64,000 nt of DNA. Source: Octopus sinensis. Its lineage: Eukaryota. Within the stretch, counting starts at the first letter, position 1. The number at the start of each line of letters is the position of its first letter. Below the pieces are notes generated by a model. That model ran no database searches. It was not told the DNA's origin and was given only the letters and a program-made list of their open reading frames with translations. The DNA is taken from positions 29,512,001 through 29,576,000 of the forward strand of contig NC_043014.1 in assembly GCF_006345805.1 (NCBI RefSeq). The letters are read 5' to 3'. The translations under genes and the position numbers were made by a program. Positions 23,860 through 36,290 of this stretch are shown in pieces.

Positions 23860-25875
23860 TGTTACCTCCGACAAGGAGGGAGGTTGTATTTTCATCGTCT
23901 GTATGCAAAATAACTCAAAAAGTTGTGAACGGTATTTGGTGAAACTTGCAGAAGTTGGCAATGACACAAGGAACAGATGATTAAATTTTGGTAGTGATCC
24001 GGGAATTTTTATGGATTCTTGAAGGATTTTTCATTTGTTATATTTACTTTACATGAAATATTAGTTAGTTAGTTAGTTAATTTGGCTCAAAAGCAAATAG
24101 CAAGGCCATGTAGGGGGACATGGAGTTAAGTACAGGGTGGTGTTCATGTAAAGAGTTCAGGCCACTTGAGGTCTAGGGAGGCTTTGAACAAAGCGGTCGT
24201 CGGCATCTTCACCATCTCGTCTGGCAGCTTGTTCCACGGATCCGCAACCCGGACGGAGAAAGCTCCTCTCTTCGATTGAGATGAAATCGTCGCAGGTAGA
24301 GCTTTTCGGAATGACCCGCAGCCGACGCTCCGGGAGCAGGAGTGAAGAACAGCTCTTTCGAGAGGTTACACTTCCCGCTTATGATGTTGTGGGCGAGAAT
24401 GAGATCACACGGCGCGTTTTTCAGAGAATAAAGGTCGAGCGTCCTCAGCCTTCTTCGTAGGACAAATTTTGAGACCATGAATCGCACTGCGGGTTAGCCA
24501 GCCTCTGGACTCTTTCGAGGTGCTGTATGTCTTTGAGGAGATAAGGAGAAGAGGCTTGAATCCCATACTCCAATATGGTCTCACCAGCGTGACATAGAGT
24601 GGCAGGAATATGGCTGCTGTGAGCATTCCGAATGACCGTCGAATCAAAAACAGAATTCCGCGCGCTTTGTTGGCAGCATGGACGCACTGGGCCGAAGGCG
24701 AAAAGGAGGAATCCACCAAGATACCCAGGTCCTTTACCTGATCGGTCCTCTCCAGCAGCAGGACGACCCGGCTCGAAACAAGTTGAGTTGCAGGAGTAGA
24801 GCCGACAGGCAGATGACAGCACTTTGACACGTTCAGACACAGGTCCCAATCGTTAGACCACTTCCAAATTTGGTGGAGGCATCGACGAAGATCCTCTATA
24901 CTACCGCGAGGAAGCGACCAGTTTGATATCGTCGGCAAATAGAAGGGTGTGTTGCGTGAGGTCGTCGGGCAAGTCATTTATGAAGACTAAGAACAACAAG
25001 GGCCCAAGCACTGAACCTTGAGGCACGCCACTGCTCGCACTGGAGACGTCGGACCGCGAACCATTAACTTGAACTTGGAAGGAGCGATCTGAGAGGAAGG
25101 CACCAACCCATCGTACAATATCCGGATGGAAAACTATATGCTTGAAGCTTGACAAGTAGTAGGCGGTGGTTTACCGAGTCAAAAGCTTGGCAAAGTCCAA
25201 TAAAACGATGTCAACAGCATCACTATCATCGAGGATGCGCGTCACCAATTCTTCCATTACTAGTAAGTTGGTCAAGCCTGATCTCTTCGGCACGAAGCCG
25301 TGTTGGGAATCAGTGATCGAGGCTGTGTTTAGGAGGTGGAGCATCATACTTTTCTTAAGGATGGTTTCGAACATCTTGCTGATTATTGATTGTAAGGGAA
25401 CCGGTCGGTAGTTAAGCGGGTCTTCGCGGCTCCCTTTCTTGAAAAGTGGGCAGATTATCGCTGTTCTCCAGTCTGCAGGTATAACACCCGTCGCCAATGA
25501 CATATTGAATAGTCGTGTTAAGGGCTCGCAGATGACCGGGGCCAACGCTTTGATAACCCGTGGGTGTATGCCGTCAGGGCCGTGACCCTTGTTGACATCG
25601 AGGCCTTGAATAACACGTTTGACTTCGTCCCGCGTGATGATCAATCGAAGCATTCGAGGTACCGATCTATCAAATGGAGGGGGTTCACGACCATCATCTT
25701 GTTTGAAAATAGTTGAAAAAGCCTCGGCTACGTTCTTTGATTATCTCCCTTGAAAACATGCTCATATTTTCCACTTAAACTATGGTGGCATTGCTGTTTC
25801 CAAACTTTATTTTCGTTTCTGTATTAATTTTACTCGCGTATCTATCTTAAAATGAGCTGCTTGGCGGAGGTCTGT
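23860..25875 (+). mobile_element. Helentron-type non-autonomous element (HINE/DINE-1-like) interrupted by a LINE
   Basis: 5' sub-TIR ACCTCCGACAAG (23864) and 3' sub-TIR CTTGGCGGAGGT (25860); LINE inserted at 24062-25745. Confidence 0.6.
24062..25745 (-). mobile_element. Young 5'-truncated CR1/Jockey-group LINE (RT, 3' UTR, (TAAC)n tail)
   Basis: Consecutive ORFs: KGHGPDGIHPRVIK..NYRPVPL..QHGFVPKRS..LDFAK; SGVPQGSVLGPLLFLVFINDLP..LFADDIKL; KDLGILVDSS; tail TTAGTTAGTTAG at 24061-24078. Confidence 0.95.
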
Positions 25876-25956
25876 GGAGGATGACATGACAAGCCTTGAC
25901 TATTGGGATCGACACAAAAACCTCAGGCTTTGCTCCCTCCACCGCCGCTGTGAAAC
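25876..25956 (+). mobile_element. Short CR1-type RT thumb fragment
   Basis: Translates DMTSLDYWDRHKNLRLCSLHRRCE. Confidence 0.5.
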
Positions 25957-26049
25957 TAGCTTGTCGTTGTCATTGATGTATTATAACTGCTTCAGATGAT
26001 TCCTGTTTTTAAAGAGTTTTTTTTTAATCATATGGCTGTGTTATTTTTT

Positions 26050-26183
26050 TTTTAAATACCGCCAAGAAGGTTTTGTTTTTGCCGGCGTTGGTTTGGGAAA
26101 TTGGGCGATTTTCAGCATGCGTGTATATGGGTGGAAATGAGCAGCTTGGCGGAGGTCTGCACTCTCCGAGTGCTTTTCTAGTT
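26050..26183 (+). mobile_element. Mini HINE (internally deleted)
   Basis: T-run, ACCGCCAAG (26058), CTTGGCGGAGGT (26145), hairpin GCACTC tcc GAGTGC, TTTTCTAGTT end. Confidence 0.6.
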
Positions 26184-26251
26184 TATATATCTTTTCTTTA
26201 TTTATATATATATATATATATATACATATCTGTGTGTGTGTGTGTGTGTAT

Positions 26252-26338
26252 TTAAAATTAATCAAAGGACATACTAAATATGCCTACAGTTATTTCTAGC
26301 AGGTAGTCATGCTTAGTATGTCCTTTGATTAATTTTAA
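26252..26338. repeat. Fold-back: perfect 26-bp inverted repeat plus imperfect inner stem
   Basis: TTAAAATTAATCAAAGGACATACTAA (26252-26277) is the exact reverse complement of 26313-26338. Confidence 0.92.
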
Positions 26339-26534
26339 TCCTTCAGCTACTTAATGCTTTTGAGGGGTGATTGCAATCGCCTATATTATGGATTCTGTTA
26401 TTATCATTTTTAAATTGTTACACTAGATAACAGAGTCAATGGTATCTTTGCAAATTATCTTTTCGTGAATTATTTGCTCTGTATTGATATATATATGAAT
26501 ATGTATTTATATGCAAATGTATATACACGTATAA

Positions 26535-26647
<113 letters not shown>

Positions 26648-29190
26648 CATACATGCATATATACATACATATATAGATGTACACACTCACAGACATCATA
26701 CACGCGTATAATGTTTGCGTTGCGTATGTGTTCGTGAATTTCTTTAAAGCTCTCTCTCTCTCTCTCTCTCTCTCTATCATTCCCCACTCTCTCTATTTCT
26801 CTGTGCGTATGTATAATAATGTGAGTTTCTTAAGCTCTTGTCTTTTGAAACCGCTCAATGATCCTGCTCAATAATGTTAATCGGATGTGAGATAAAGCTT
26901 CTCATAGATTGGAGCCAAATGCACGGCAGTTTTATCCTGTACTGCAATTCCACGTAGTCTCGTACCTATTTATGACAACTACATATAAATAAAACCAATA
27001 TATTTTTCTGTTCCAAGTATACGTAACACATTATTTGAAGATAGGTTTGAACGCAAAGCCTTAGAGCTCATACTTCAATATTGCATGCATTCTTCTATTT
27101 GGTTTCTTCATATCCGTATATATGTTAGTTTCTGTTTCTCTCCCCACCCCTCTCTTTCACTCTCGCTCTCTCTCTCTCTCTTTGTTTCCTTCTCTCCATC
27201 TCTCTTCATATATTTATACACACACGCACACATACACAAGCACACACACACAAATATATGTATATATGTATGTATATATGTCTGTATGTACGTGTGTATG
27301 TATGTAGTTCTGTATGTACGTGTGTATGTATGTATGTAGTTGTGTATGTGCATACGTACGTTTGTATATGCGTTTATACTCATACATACATTTATACTTG
27401 CATATATAGACAGACAGACAGACAGAAGAGAGTAAGAATAGGGAATTAGAATGAAAAAGAAAGACAGAAAGAAAAAAAGGAAAGAAAGAAAGGAAGAATT
27501 GAGCATGAAAGTCGGTAGTTATACAGGTATATGCACAGCTTTATAGGGAGCAAGAGAGAAAGAAAGTTAGATTTGTCAATAAGTGTGTGCATATTGATGT
27601 TTGCGTGAGACTATGCATGCATGTAGCTATATGTATGCATAACTATGTATATATGAGTATGTGAGTGCGTGTGTGTGTGAGTGTCTGTGAGTGTGCGCGC
27701 GCACGCATCCGTGTGTGTTTGTGTGCGTGCGTGTTTTTCTAATATTAAGCAGTTTACGGCCGTATGTGACGGCATCCCTGTGGATCAGGAAGAGACATTT
27801 ATTATTCTTCAATAATATTATGCAACCTGCATTGTGAAGTATGCAACATAGAATGTGCAGCATGCCGCCAACATTTTATATAATGTGCAGTATTATTGTG
27901 CAACAAAGAATGTGTAGTACGCGGGATATATTCAACGCAGTGTATAGTGTGCCGTACATGATTAGAATGTATTCATTGTGAGGTATGCCGTGTACCCTAT
28001 GCAAACTGTAAGTTGTATGCAGAGGGAAGAAACTTGTATGCATTATGCTTTGATTTTAATATGTGCAATGTATGCAGGAACACGACAGTAGAAAAGATGA
28101 ACGTGTTGTAACTCGGTTTTATTGATTGGCTTACGGAGATTCGATAAAATACGTCAGGTTTCACTCAACACTATCTTTACCATCATCACACTCTACAACA
28201 CCGTCATTAATACTGCCATCATAAACATTAACAACATCATTCCTATCACTAGAAGCACCAATACTACCACAAATCTTCCACTAACACTGACTTCAGCATC
28301 CTTAATGCCATTATTTTCAACACCGCTACGATCGCAATCATCCACCATACTACCACTGTCACCGACGTCAGCACCATCTCCGCTAACATCAAAACTACCT
28401 CTACGACTGTCCATTGCTATTCTTCGCTGGCTTTACCAACATCAACACCATCACTAACAATTCTTCAGCAAATTCTTATAAACATCACCATCAATATATC
28501 TACTACCATCAAAACCGTCACTAATGCACACAGTATTTGAACCAATGCAGTAGCCTCCTATGCGGTCAGTTGACTTGCGAGAAATAGCAACCAGATCTCC
28601 TTCAAATCACATCTTATCGCCTTAAAAATTAGAGGACATATTGTACAATCTAATCCTTGATATGCCAAAAACGCGATGATCACGGCTGGAATGCACTTTT
28701 TGTTATCAGTTTGTTTGGTCAAGGCTGACCTTGAAAAGAAAATATAAGTCATAATCATCGCCATGACGTATCCCTCCACAACATCTCCATCAAATCCATT
28801 GACGCTTCCAGTTCTACGATCATTGTAATAATGCAAGTCAACATAATCGGTGGAAGTGTCCCGTCTCTTCTTTCGTCTGCTGGACTAATAACTAACATAA
28901 ACGGCTAGCTAGGCGGCTAGCTAAAAGGCTAGCGAGAAGGCAAGCAGATGTGTGCGGAGGGGAAATGGCAGTCAGCAGAAGAAACACACTGAAAATTATA
29001 TAAGAATAGGCAGAAATGCTTTGGGTACATATAGAAAGAAAGGGTATGTGGGTGTGGGTAAAGAGAGCAAAAGAAGAAAAGGAAAATAGCCAGGATAGAA
29101 AAAAATGGAAGAAGCTGAGAAAATTAAAAACATATAAAGTTTAGAAGACAGCCACACAGACAGACAGATAGGTAGCTAGATATGTGTGTG

Positions 29191-29233
<43 letters not shown>

Positions 29234-29342
29234 ATATGTGTGTGTCTGTATGTATGTATACATAGAAAAAGAAGTAGAAACAGAGAAAAAGAAAGCTGGC
29301 AACATATGCGGACAGTTCACTATATATATATATATTATATAT

Positions 29343-29378
<36 letters not shown>

Positions 29379-29820
29379 ATCAAAATAAGCAACAAATCCA
29401 TTTGATTATAACCACCCCATGGATTTATATGGATAACACCATACAAAGTTCTGGTGCATCTAACTTAAGTACCATATTCACCTGAATCTAAATTTTACTG
29501 AACTTATATGGTATATATATATATATATATATACATATGTTTACATGCATACATAGGCACACACATACATCCATATATGTATGGGTGTATGCTTGTTGGT
29601 AAGTAGGTACATAATGCAACCAAGTATGTGTTTAGGTCTGTTGTGTGTTTGTATTATATTATAGGAACGAGTTTCGAGTTCTTCATATTTCCTTTCGTGT
29701 AGTACATTAAAATTTCATTCATTAGGACATGAAATTTTCACAGAAAAATGAACGAAAAATATATATGGAAATTTTAGTAAGTAGCAAAATACAATTAAAA
29801 AATTAGCTCACACATATTAA

Positions 29821-30132
29821 AGGAGCACTCCCTCGGTTACGACGACGAGGGTCGAACAGCTTGCTCGTGAAATTAACGTGCAAGTGGCTGAGCACTCCAC
29901 ACCCACAAGGGTACTTAACGTAGATCTCAGGGAGATTCAGCGTGACATAGACTGTAACAAGGCTGGCCCTTTGAATTAAAAGTACTACTCATTTTTGCTA
30001 GCTGAGTGGACTGGAGCAACGCAACGTGAAATAAAGTGTTTTCCTCAAGGGCACAACGCGTCTCCGGGATTCGAACTCACGACCTTACCATCGTGAGTCG
30101 AATGCCCTAACCACTAAGCCACGGGCCTTCAC
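29821..30132 (-). mobile_element. tRNA-derived SINE family D, near full length
   Basis: Minus strand: box A TGGCTTAGTGG, box B GAGTTCGAATCCC, CORE/Meta-like GTTGTGCCCTTGAGGAAAACACTTTATTTCACGTTG, tail GAGTGCTCAGCCACTTGCACGTTAATTTCACGAGC. Confidence 0.9.
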
Positions 30133-30597
30133 TCACGCATATGTCACATTTAAGATAAATTATGAAACCTACCAAGATCTAACCATTACAAAAAATTTAA
30201 AGCTGGCGTTGTCACTATCAGTTGTAACAGTATTCCCAGATCTATTGTAACAACAGCATATCTTATTAACTCATCAGTTCATTCAGCTGATGAGGTCGGA
30301 GAGGTTTGAAGCAAAAATAGTTTAATGGATTTAGATACAGCATTTCTCCAAACTAACATATAGGTCTAATATGGAAATATGGGAAATCTTTAATTATAAA
30401 AAAAAGACTTAATCTATAGCAGAGTAATGCTTTCCGTGTGTGTGTATATTTTCGCATCACAGATTTATACTACCTATGTAGATACGTATATATATATATA
30501 TATATATTATATTATATATATATATGTATGTATGTATGTATTATGTATGTATGTATGTATGTATGTATGTATGAATATATATGTATATATAAATGCG

Positions 30598-31025
30598 TTG
30601 TGCAAACAACATGAAATACGTAAACAACGAGAGAAAGAAAATGGAAAACAGGGCTAGTAAACACAGAGAATGTACCCTTCATCGGTTGCCTATCTATTCA
30701 TTTCGAGCATTCAACGACAATATCAGTCTTCAATGACAGTTGCTCCCATAAATTCTAAAATAAAATTTAGGATTTATGTAGGACCAAAATTGGGAACAAA
30801 AACAGGACAGTGGAGACATAAAAGGAAACCGAACGAAAACAAACATGGAGGATCGTTAAACCAGAACGAGAGGAAAATATTGAATGTTGGAAAAATGTTT
30901 TCTTTGAAAAGAGAAAAAATGGAATTGAGAGAAAAAACGTGCATACTTTTGAACGTCCGTATCAGGAAAAGTCAGATGGTCACGTGAGGAAAAGAAAGTT
31001 GGATGATGGTCACATGTGAGCAACA
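30598..31025 (-). mobile_element. Dispersed repeat family 3 (probably Penelope-associated), copy 1
   Basis: Collinear with 35490-35990; inverted partial copy at 31288-31351; degenerate hammerhead-like motif at 30687-30738(-). Confidence 0.6.
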
Positions 31026-31381
31026 AGAGAGACAGAAAGACGAGGACAGAGAGAGAGACAGATAGAAAACGGTGAAAGAGAGAGGGGGAAAAAGTAATTA
31101 GAGAAGAATAGAGGAAGAAAACAGTATAGTGTAGAAGCGCATAAAAAAGATAAACATAAACTCACTTGGCAATGGATGCGTCGCGTTCAATTAAATAATG
31201 ATAATAAATACTATATATGTATATGTATATATGTGTGTGTGTGTGTATGCGTGTGTGTGTGTGTGTGTCTGTGTGTGTACGTGTGTGTGTTTACATGTCC
31301 AGCTTGCCATTTATATTCTCTCGTTGTTTATGTATTTCATACTGTTTGCACAGTTCGTGACATCCTGCCCACATAGTTGCC

Positions 31382-31426
<45 letters not shown>

Positions 31427-31582
31427 ATATGTATGTATGCATGCATGCATGTATGTATGTATGTATGTATGTATGTATGTATGTATGTATGTATGTATGT
31501 ATGTATGTATGTATGCATGTATGTATGTATATTATTATATATCAATAATATTAATACGCTAACTTTTTGTTTTTGTACTTAC

Positions 31583-31603
31583 CTGTTGCGTCAGTCACAC
31601 TTC
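31583..31603 (-). CDS. Candidate 21-nt micro-exon (phase 1-1, ..SVTDAT..)
   Basis: Long pyrimidine tract + CCATTTCTTTGCAG/ acceptor and CAG/GTAAGT donor; only one of three frames is open. Confidence 0.3.
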
Positions 31604-32026
31604 CTGCAAAGAAATGGCAAAGCGAGAGAGGAGGACAGAGAGGAATTAAGAAAGAGAGAGAGTGATAGAGAGAGAGGGAAAGTGATAGAGTGAGAGAGAA
31701 AGAGAGAGAGTGAAAGAGATAGTGGTTGGTGACGGTGTTCATCGCAAGAGATGTAGCTACTTCAAAAGCGAGACACAAAGGAAGTGAAAGAGAAAGAGAG
31801 AAACTGAGAGAGACAGTAGATACATAAATCCAAAGAAATGTTCATGTATTGATACATACACAGCAAATATTGGATGTCAATTTCACTTTTCATTACCACA
31901 CGAGGATAAAATTAACTCGCAAATGGCTTAATACTCAACAGACATGCATAACATTTATGTAAATTCTCATGGTGATTCAGCCTCACACAAAATACAAGGC
32001 TGGCCCCTTTGAATTATAGCTACAAC

Positions 32027-32066
<40 letters not shown>

Positions 32067-32299
32067 AGGAGTGAGTGGTGACTCAAATGAAGGTGGTATT
32101 TGCTTTGTGTTTTCAACCACACCAAATATTGGATACCGTATCCTAAACAAAACTGTCTAAAACATTCGTATATGTTTTTCAATTGAAACACTGAATCATA
32201 TTGGACATTAATTCATGTGAGATTCCCTCATTGTTGTCAAACGAATGTACAAACTGCAAAGATACACCTGTTTAGAGATGTTAGTAGAAATAAGCAGGC

Positions 32300-33350
32300 A
32301 AAACTTGTAAAATGCTTTGGTTACTACAACATAAACCCATGGCAAGACAGAGAGACGGAATCGATTTCGTAGGTCGCAATTAACGGCAAAATTTTCATTG
32401 GACTATAGAACTGACTCAAGACCTATAGCAATTCTGCAAAATGTTCAGAGAATATCACCTGACCGGTTACATGAAGAGAATGAAGATCCAGGTAAGCTAT
32501 AGCGCAACACAACAGTGCTAGCAGTCTACGTTTTTTACCAAAAAATTGCTGCTCTAAGAAAATCAACTATCAAATAAATGCACAGAAAATGACAGTGTCA
32601 ATAGCTGAGCAGATTATTCCGAGGAAAAAATATTACAAAAATCATGGAGTGAGCAAAATTGATAATAACTTACAAATATGACTGCTGCCACTATATGGAC
32701 ACGCCGTAACCGATTACAAAGAATTAGAAACTGGTGGAAAATACAAGCTGCTAAAAACACACTCGCTGAGAAGAATAAAACTCTTCACATTTCATGTTAA
32801 GGTTCACTATAACGTTGCTGAATAATAATTACAAATTAAAGCTATGTTTTGAAACATTGACTGTCTTGCGGTATTTGTGCTGCATTTAGTTGTTAACAGA
32901 ATGGAATAACAGAAGCCCATCGGAATGATACAACCAAAAAGGTAGAAAAACATTGATAGACATGGAACATATCGGACTATTCGATACTTTCATTAGATAC
33001 AGAATAAATTCACAAAGAACCAGTTAATTGCTTTATGACAGCCGATACAAACTGTACAGCCACAACCGACGAGAGGCATCAACAGACAAATTGATTTCGT
33101 TAAAACTAAAACCTAGGGCGCTAAGTCAAAAAGCACCATTATTGCAGAAAACTACAAGAACAAAGGAGTATAAACTGAATAAAATTTGCATTAAACCAAG
33201 AAACTGCATATTGCTGCATGAAAGGCCATATAATTTAGTGTAAATGCTCCTCTCGAGATGATCTAGATTTATTCAGATGTGCAGGAAACCTGGAATCTAA
33301 ATAAGCAGCACAACAACGATGCAGTTAAGCTAAATAAGCTACTGAGTGAG
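32300..33350 (+). mobile_element. Degraded RTE-clade LINE RT
   Basis: Fragments in RT order: DSRPIAIL..DRLHEE; NHGVSKI; TDYKELETG; IDCLAVFVLHL..GRKTLIDMEH[ADD lost]IGLFD. Confidence 0.6.
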
Positions 33351-35421
33351 CACTATCTCTCTTAAAACAAAAGAAATCACTATTCAAACTCCTAGTAGTT
33401 GCAAAAGTAATAAATGGAAAAATCATCTGGGAGAGATGCAGTAATTTGATATTGGTAGAGGGAAATCATATGTGAGAGGAAAACTCTGTCCAGCATGTTC
33501 AAAGAACAATGGACGCTGAATTCGATGTAGCAGTTGTAGCGAAAACATTCATGCCTTAGAAGCAGGAGACACATTTGGCAACGAATTACCGGTTGGAACA
33601 TGCTTAAAAGCTACGTATAAAATGTATACAAGTGACTTTAATATTACTCCAAGATCACTATGAATCAAACGATTACCTTTTTCTGTCGATTACTTGAAGA
33701 TGTATTCAGTATATAGATAAGTTTCGCTAGATAAGTGGATAGATTGGATGGATGGAGGAGTTTTTAGATAGATATAATGGGAGATACACATACAAACAAG
33801 CAACGTGCACATATATCTTATAAGCATTTTGGTTTCTTTCATAATAATCTATTAATTATCTCCACCATTATATTCAATCATATCTCTTTCTCTCTACCTT
33901 CTACCCCCAATCATAAACCTCACCATTGAAACATTCCGAACCCCCACTGACAAACTTCCACAATATCTTCACTAACTCGAGAAAATACTGGCGGTCCTAT
34001 CGACTTCGGTCTACCAAATTCATGCTTAATTATCCGTACGTACTTATGTCACCTTTGGTTGCAGTCCCCCACTGTCCCCCATCAACGAGGTTAAACATAT
34101 ACTCTCCACCTCATCAATTCCTTTCCATTATTCCACTCATGGACCCTCCGAACTTCTTTTTATGGATGTCAACTATTTTTAGAGTTTTATCTTCTATTAT
34201 ATCCGCAATTCAGCCCTCTTTCACCGCCAAGTACATCTGAACCCATCACCCACCCCACTATTCCACCCTTAAACTGCATCTAATTCTCCTGTGATATCTA
34301 CAAATCCTGAATAGAATGGTCGAGACTATCAAGGTAGGTGTTAATTACGTCAACTTTGTAGGCCTCACTAAAACGCAAACTAACCAATAGGCCTCTACAC
34401 CGTTTCACTCATGAGAGAGAAAATCAACTTTTGTATATCTTGCGTTACCAGTGTTCATACCAATATTAGAATTCACGTCACCGTATCTATGCATTTCTAT
34501 AACTATCGTCACTGCATCCAAGGATACGTTATTTAAGGTTTTCCTTATATTTTAAAACAATGAATATGAATTTAGATCTAGTTGCTAATTGTCACTTGAT
34601 AACACGTAATACATATTCAATAAAGTGTTGTGGATATAATACACTTGTATGTATTTTACCACAAAACAAGGCGAAAATGTTTACTCATGCATATACGTTT
34701 TGTGTAGACATATTTACTTATGTTCCATTACTTCTGTTAACGAAATGTATCAGCTTGACAATCGTTTGATGTCTCTATGAGGTCCTTTTTTTTTTGCATT
34801 CTACAATAAGCCAAGTTTAATCAGATTCCAAGCCAATGGCTTTCAACACGCTTTGAATTACTCGACGACCAAAACCAAGGGTCTGTGCAGCCTCAAAACT
34901 TTTATTGAGTCAATGACGGGGTAACAAATTCAATTATGATCACAAAATACATCCATTCAACATAAAATTCAAAAGTATCATTTTATACATTTCATCTACA
35001 ATAAAGATATTTGTTGAAGATTTATATACAATTAGAAACTAAGGTAAACAATACACAGATTCCGAACATTGATAGTCTTTTAATTTATTGAAATAGTAAG
35101 AATAACTTGAATTCATTCTATTCTTTCGACATCGGTTGATTGTAAACATCAATTACTGACATTTTAACTCACCATGGAATAATAGAAACTTCCACAATCC
35201 TTTTATTCAGATCAAATCAAATCAAAACTTCAAGTTCGTTACATTTTGCCAATCTTTTACAAAAATCGTGAATAAATATTCAGCAATTAATGAAAATTGA
35301 CATGATTTACACAGCAATTAACCGAAATATACAATTTTCTAATTTGTCAACAATAATATTATAAATAATATATATGCATATATATATATATATGTGTGTG
35401 TGTGTATGTGTGTGTGAGTGT

Positions 35422-35462
<41 letters not shown>

Positions 35463-35489
35463 ATATCTATGGATACAGGACGTTACCAA

Positions 35490-35990
35490 CAGTAAACAAC
35501 ATGAACTACGAAAACAATGAGTTCAATACGCAAACAACGAGAAAAATAAATGGGAAACAGGACAAGCAACACAGCGAACGACCCGTCATCAGTTGTCGGC
35601 TGTCTATCTACTTCTCATTTCGAGCAGTGAACGACGATATGAATCTTCAAAGACAGTTGCTCCCATAAATACTAAAATAAAATTTATGTAGGGTCAAAGT
35701 TAGGAACAAAAACAGGACAGTGGAGACATACAAGGAAGCCGAACGAAAACAAATATGGAGGGTCTTTAGATCAGGACGAGGGTAAAATAGCGAAAGCTGG
35801 AGAAATATTTTCTTTGAAAAGAGAAAAGACAGAAGAGAGGGATAGAATACGTCCAGTCCTTAGGACAGTCCTGTGGGAAAAGAAAGATGATCACTCGAGG
35901 AAAAAAAAGATGAACGGTGGTCACATTTGAGCAGCGAGAGTGAGAAAAAGAAGAAGAGAGACAGACAGATAAAGGACGGTGAGGGGAGAA
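35490..35990 (-). mobile_element. Dispersed repeat family 3, copy 2
   Basis: Shares GACAGTTGCTCCCATAAAT, GGAACAAAAACAGGACAGTGGAGACATA and TTTTCTTTGAAAAGAGAAAA with 30598-31025. Confidence 0.65.
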
Positions 35991-36037
35991 AAGGGGAATT
36001 AGAGTAAAGGATGTGGGAGAAAATTATATGTATATTC

Positions 36038-36068
<31 letters not shown>

Positions 36069-36130
36069 TGTATGTGTAAATATGCATTTACATATATATA
36101 TATATATATTATATATATATATATATATAT

Positions 36131-36290
36131 ACATATATGCATATATATATATACATATATGCATATATATATATACATATATGCATATATATATATACAT
36201 ATATGCATATATATATATACATATATGCATATATATATATACAGACAGATATATGCATATATATATATACATATATGCATATATATTCGT
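36131..36290. repeat. 22-bp minisatellite (ACATATATGCATATATATATAT) x about 7
   Basis: Units start at 36131, 36153, 36175, 36197, 36219, 36241 (variant) and 36269. Confidence 0.9.

Noticed and set aside
28120-28530. ORFs 28122-28457 and 28193-28414 (Thr/Ile/Asn- or Val/Asp-rich)
   Set aside because: Decayed (CAY/ACC)n triplet repeat; no splice or domain evidence
30268-30310. CTGATGA inside a CTCATCAG/CTGATGAG hairpin
   Set aside because: No helix II and no GAAA; only an 8-bp stem
32373-32491. Apparent exon with AG acceptor and CAG/GTAAG donor (SQLTAKFSLDYRTDSRPIAIL..)
   Set aside because: Lies in register with downstream RT motifs of a decayed RTE LINE (RPIAIL corresponds to YRPISL)
33900-34330. 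Pyrimidine-rich segment with faint APE- or GIY-YIG-like words
   Set aside because: Too degenerate to assign; no motif retained with confidence
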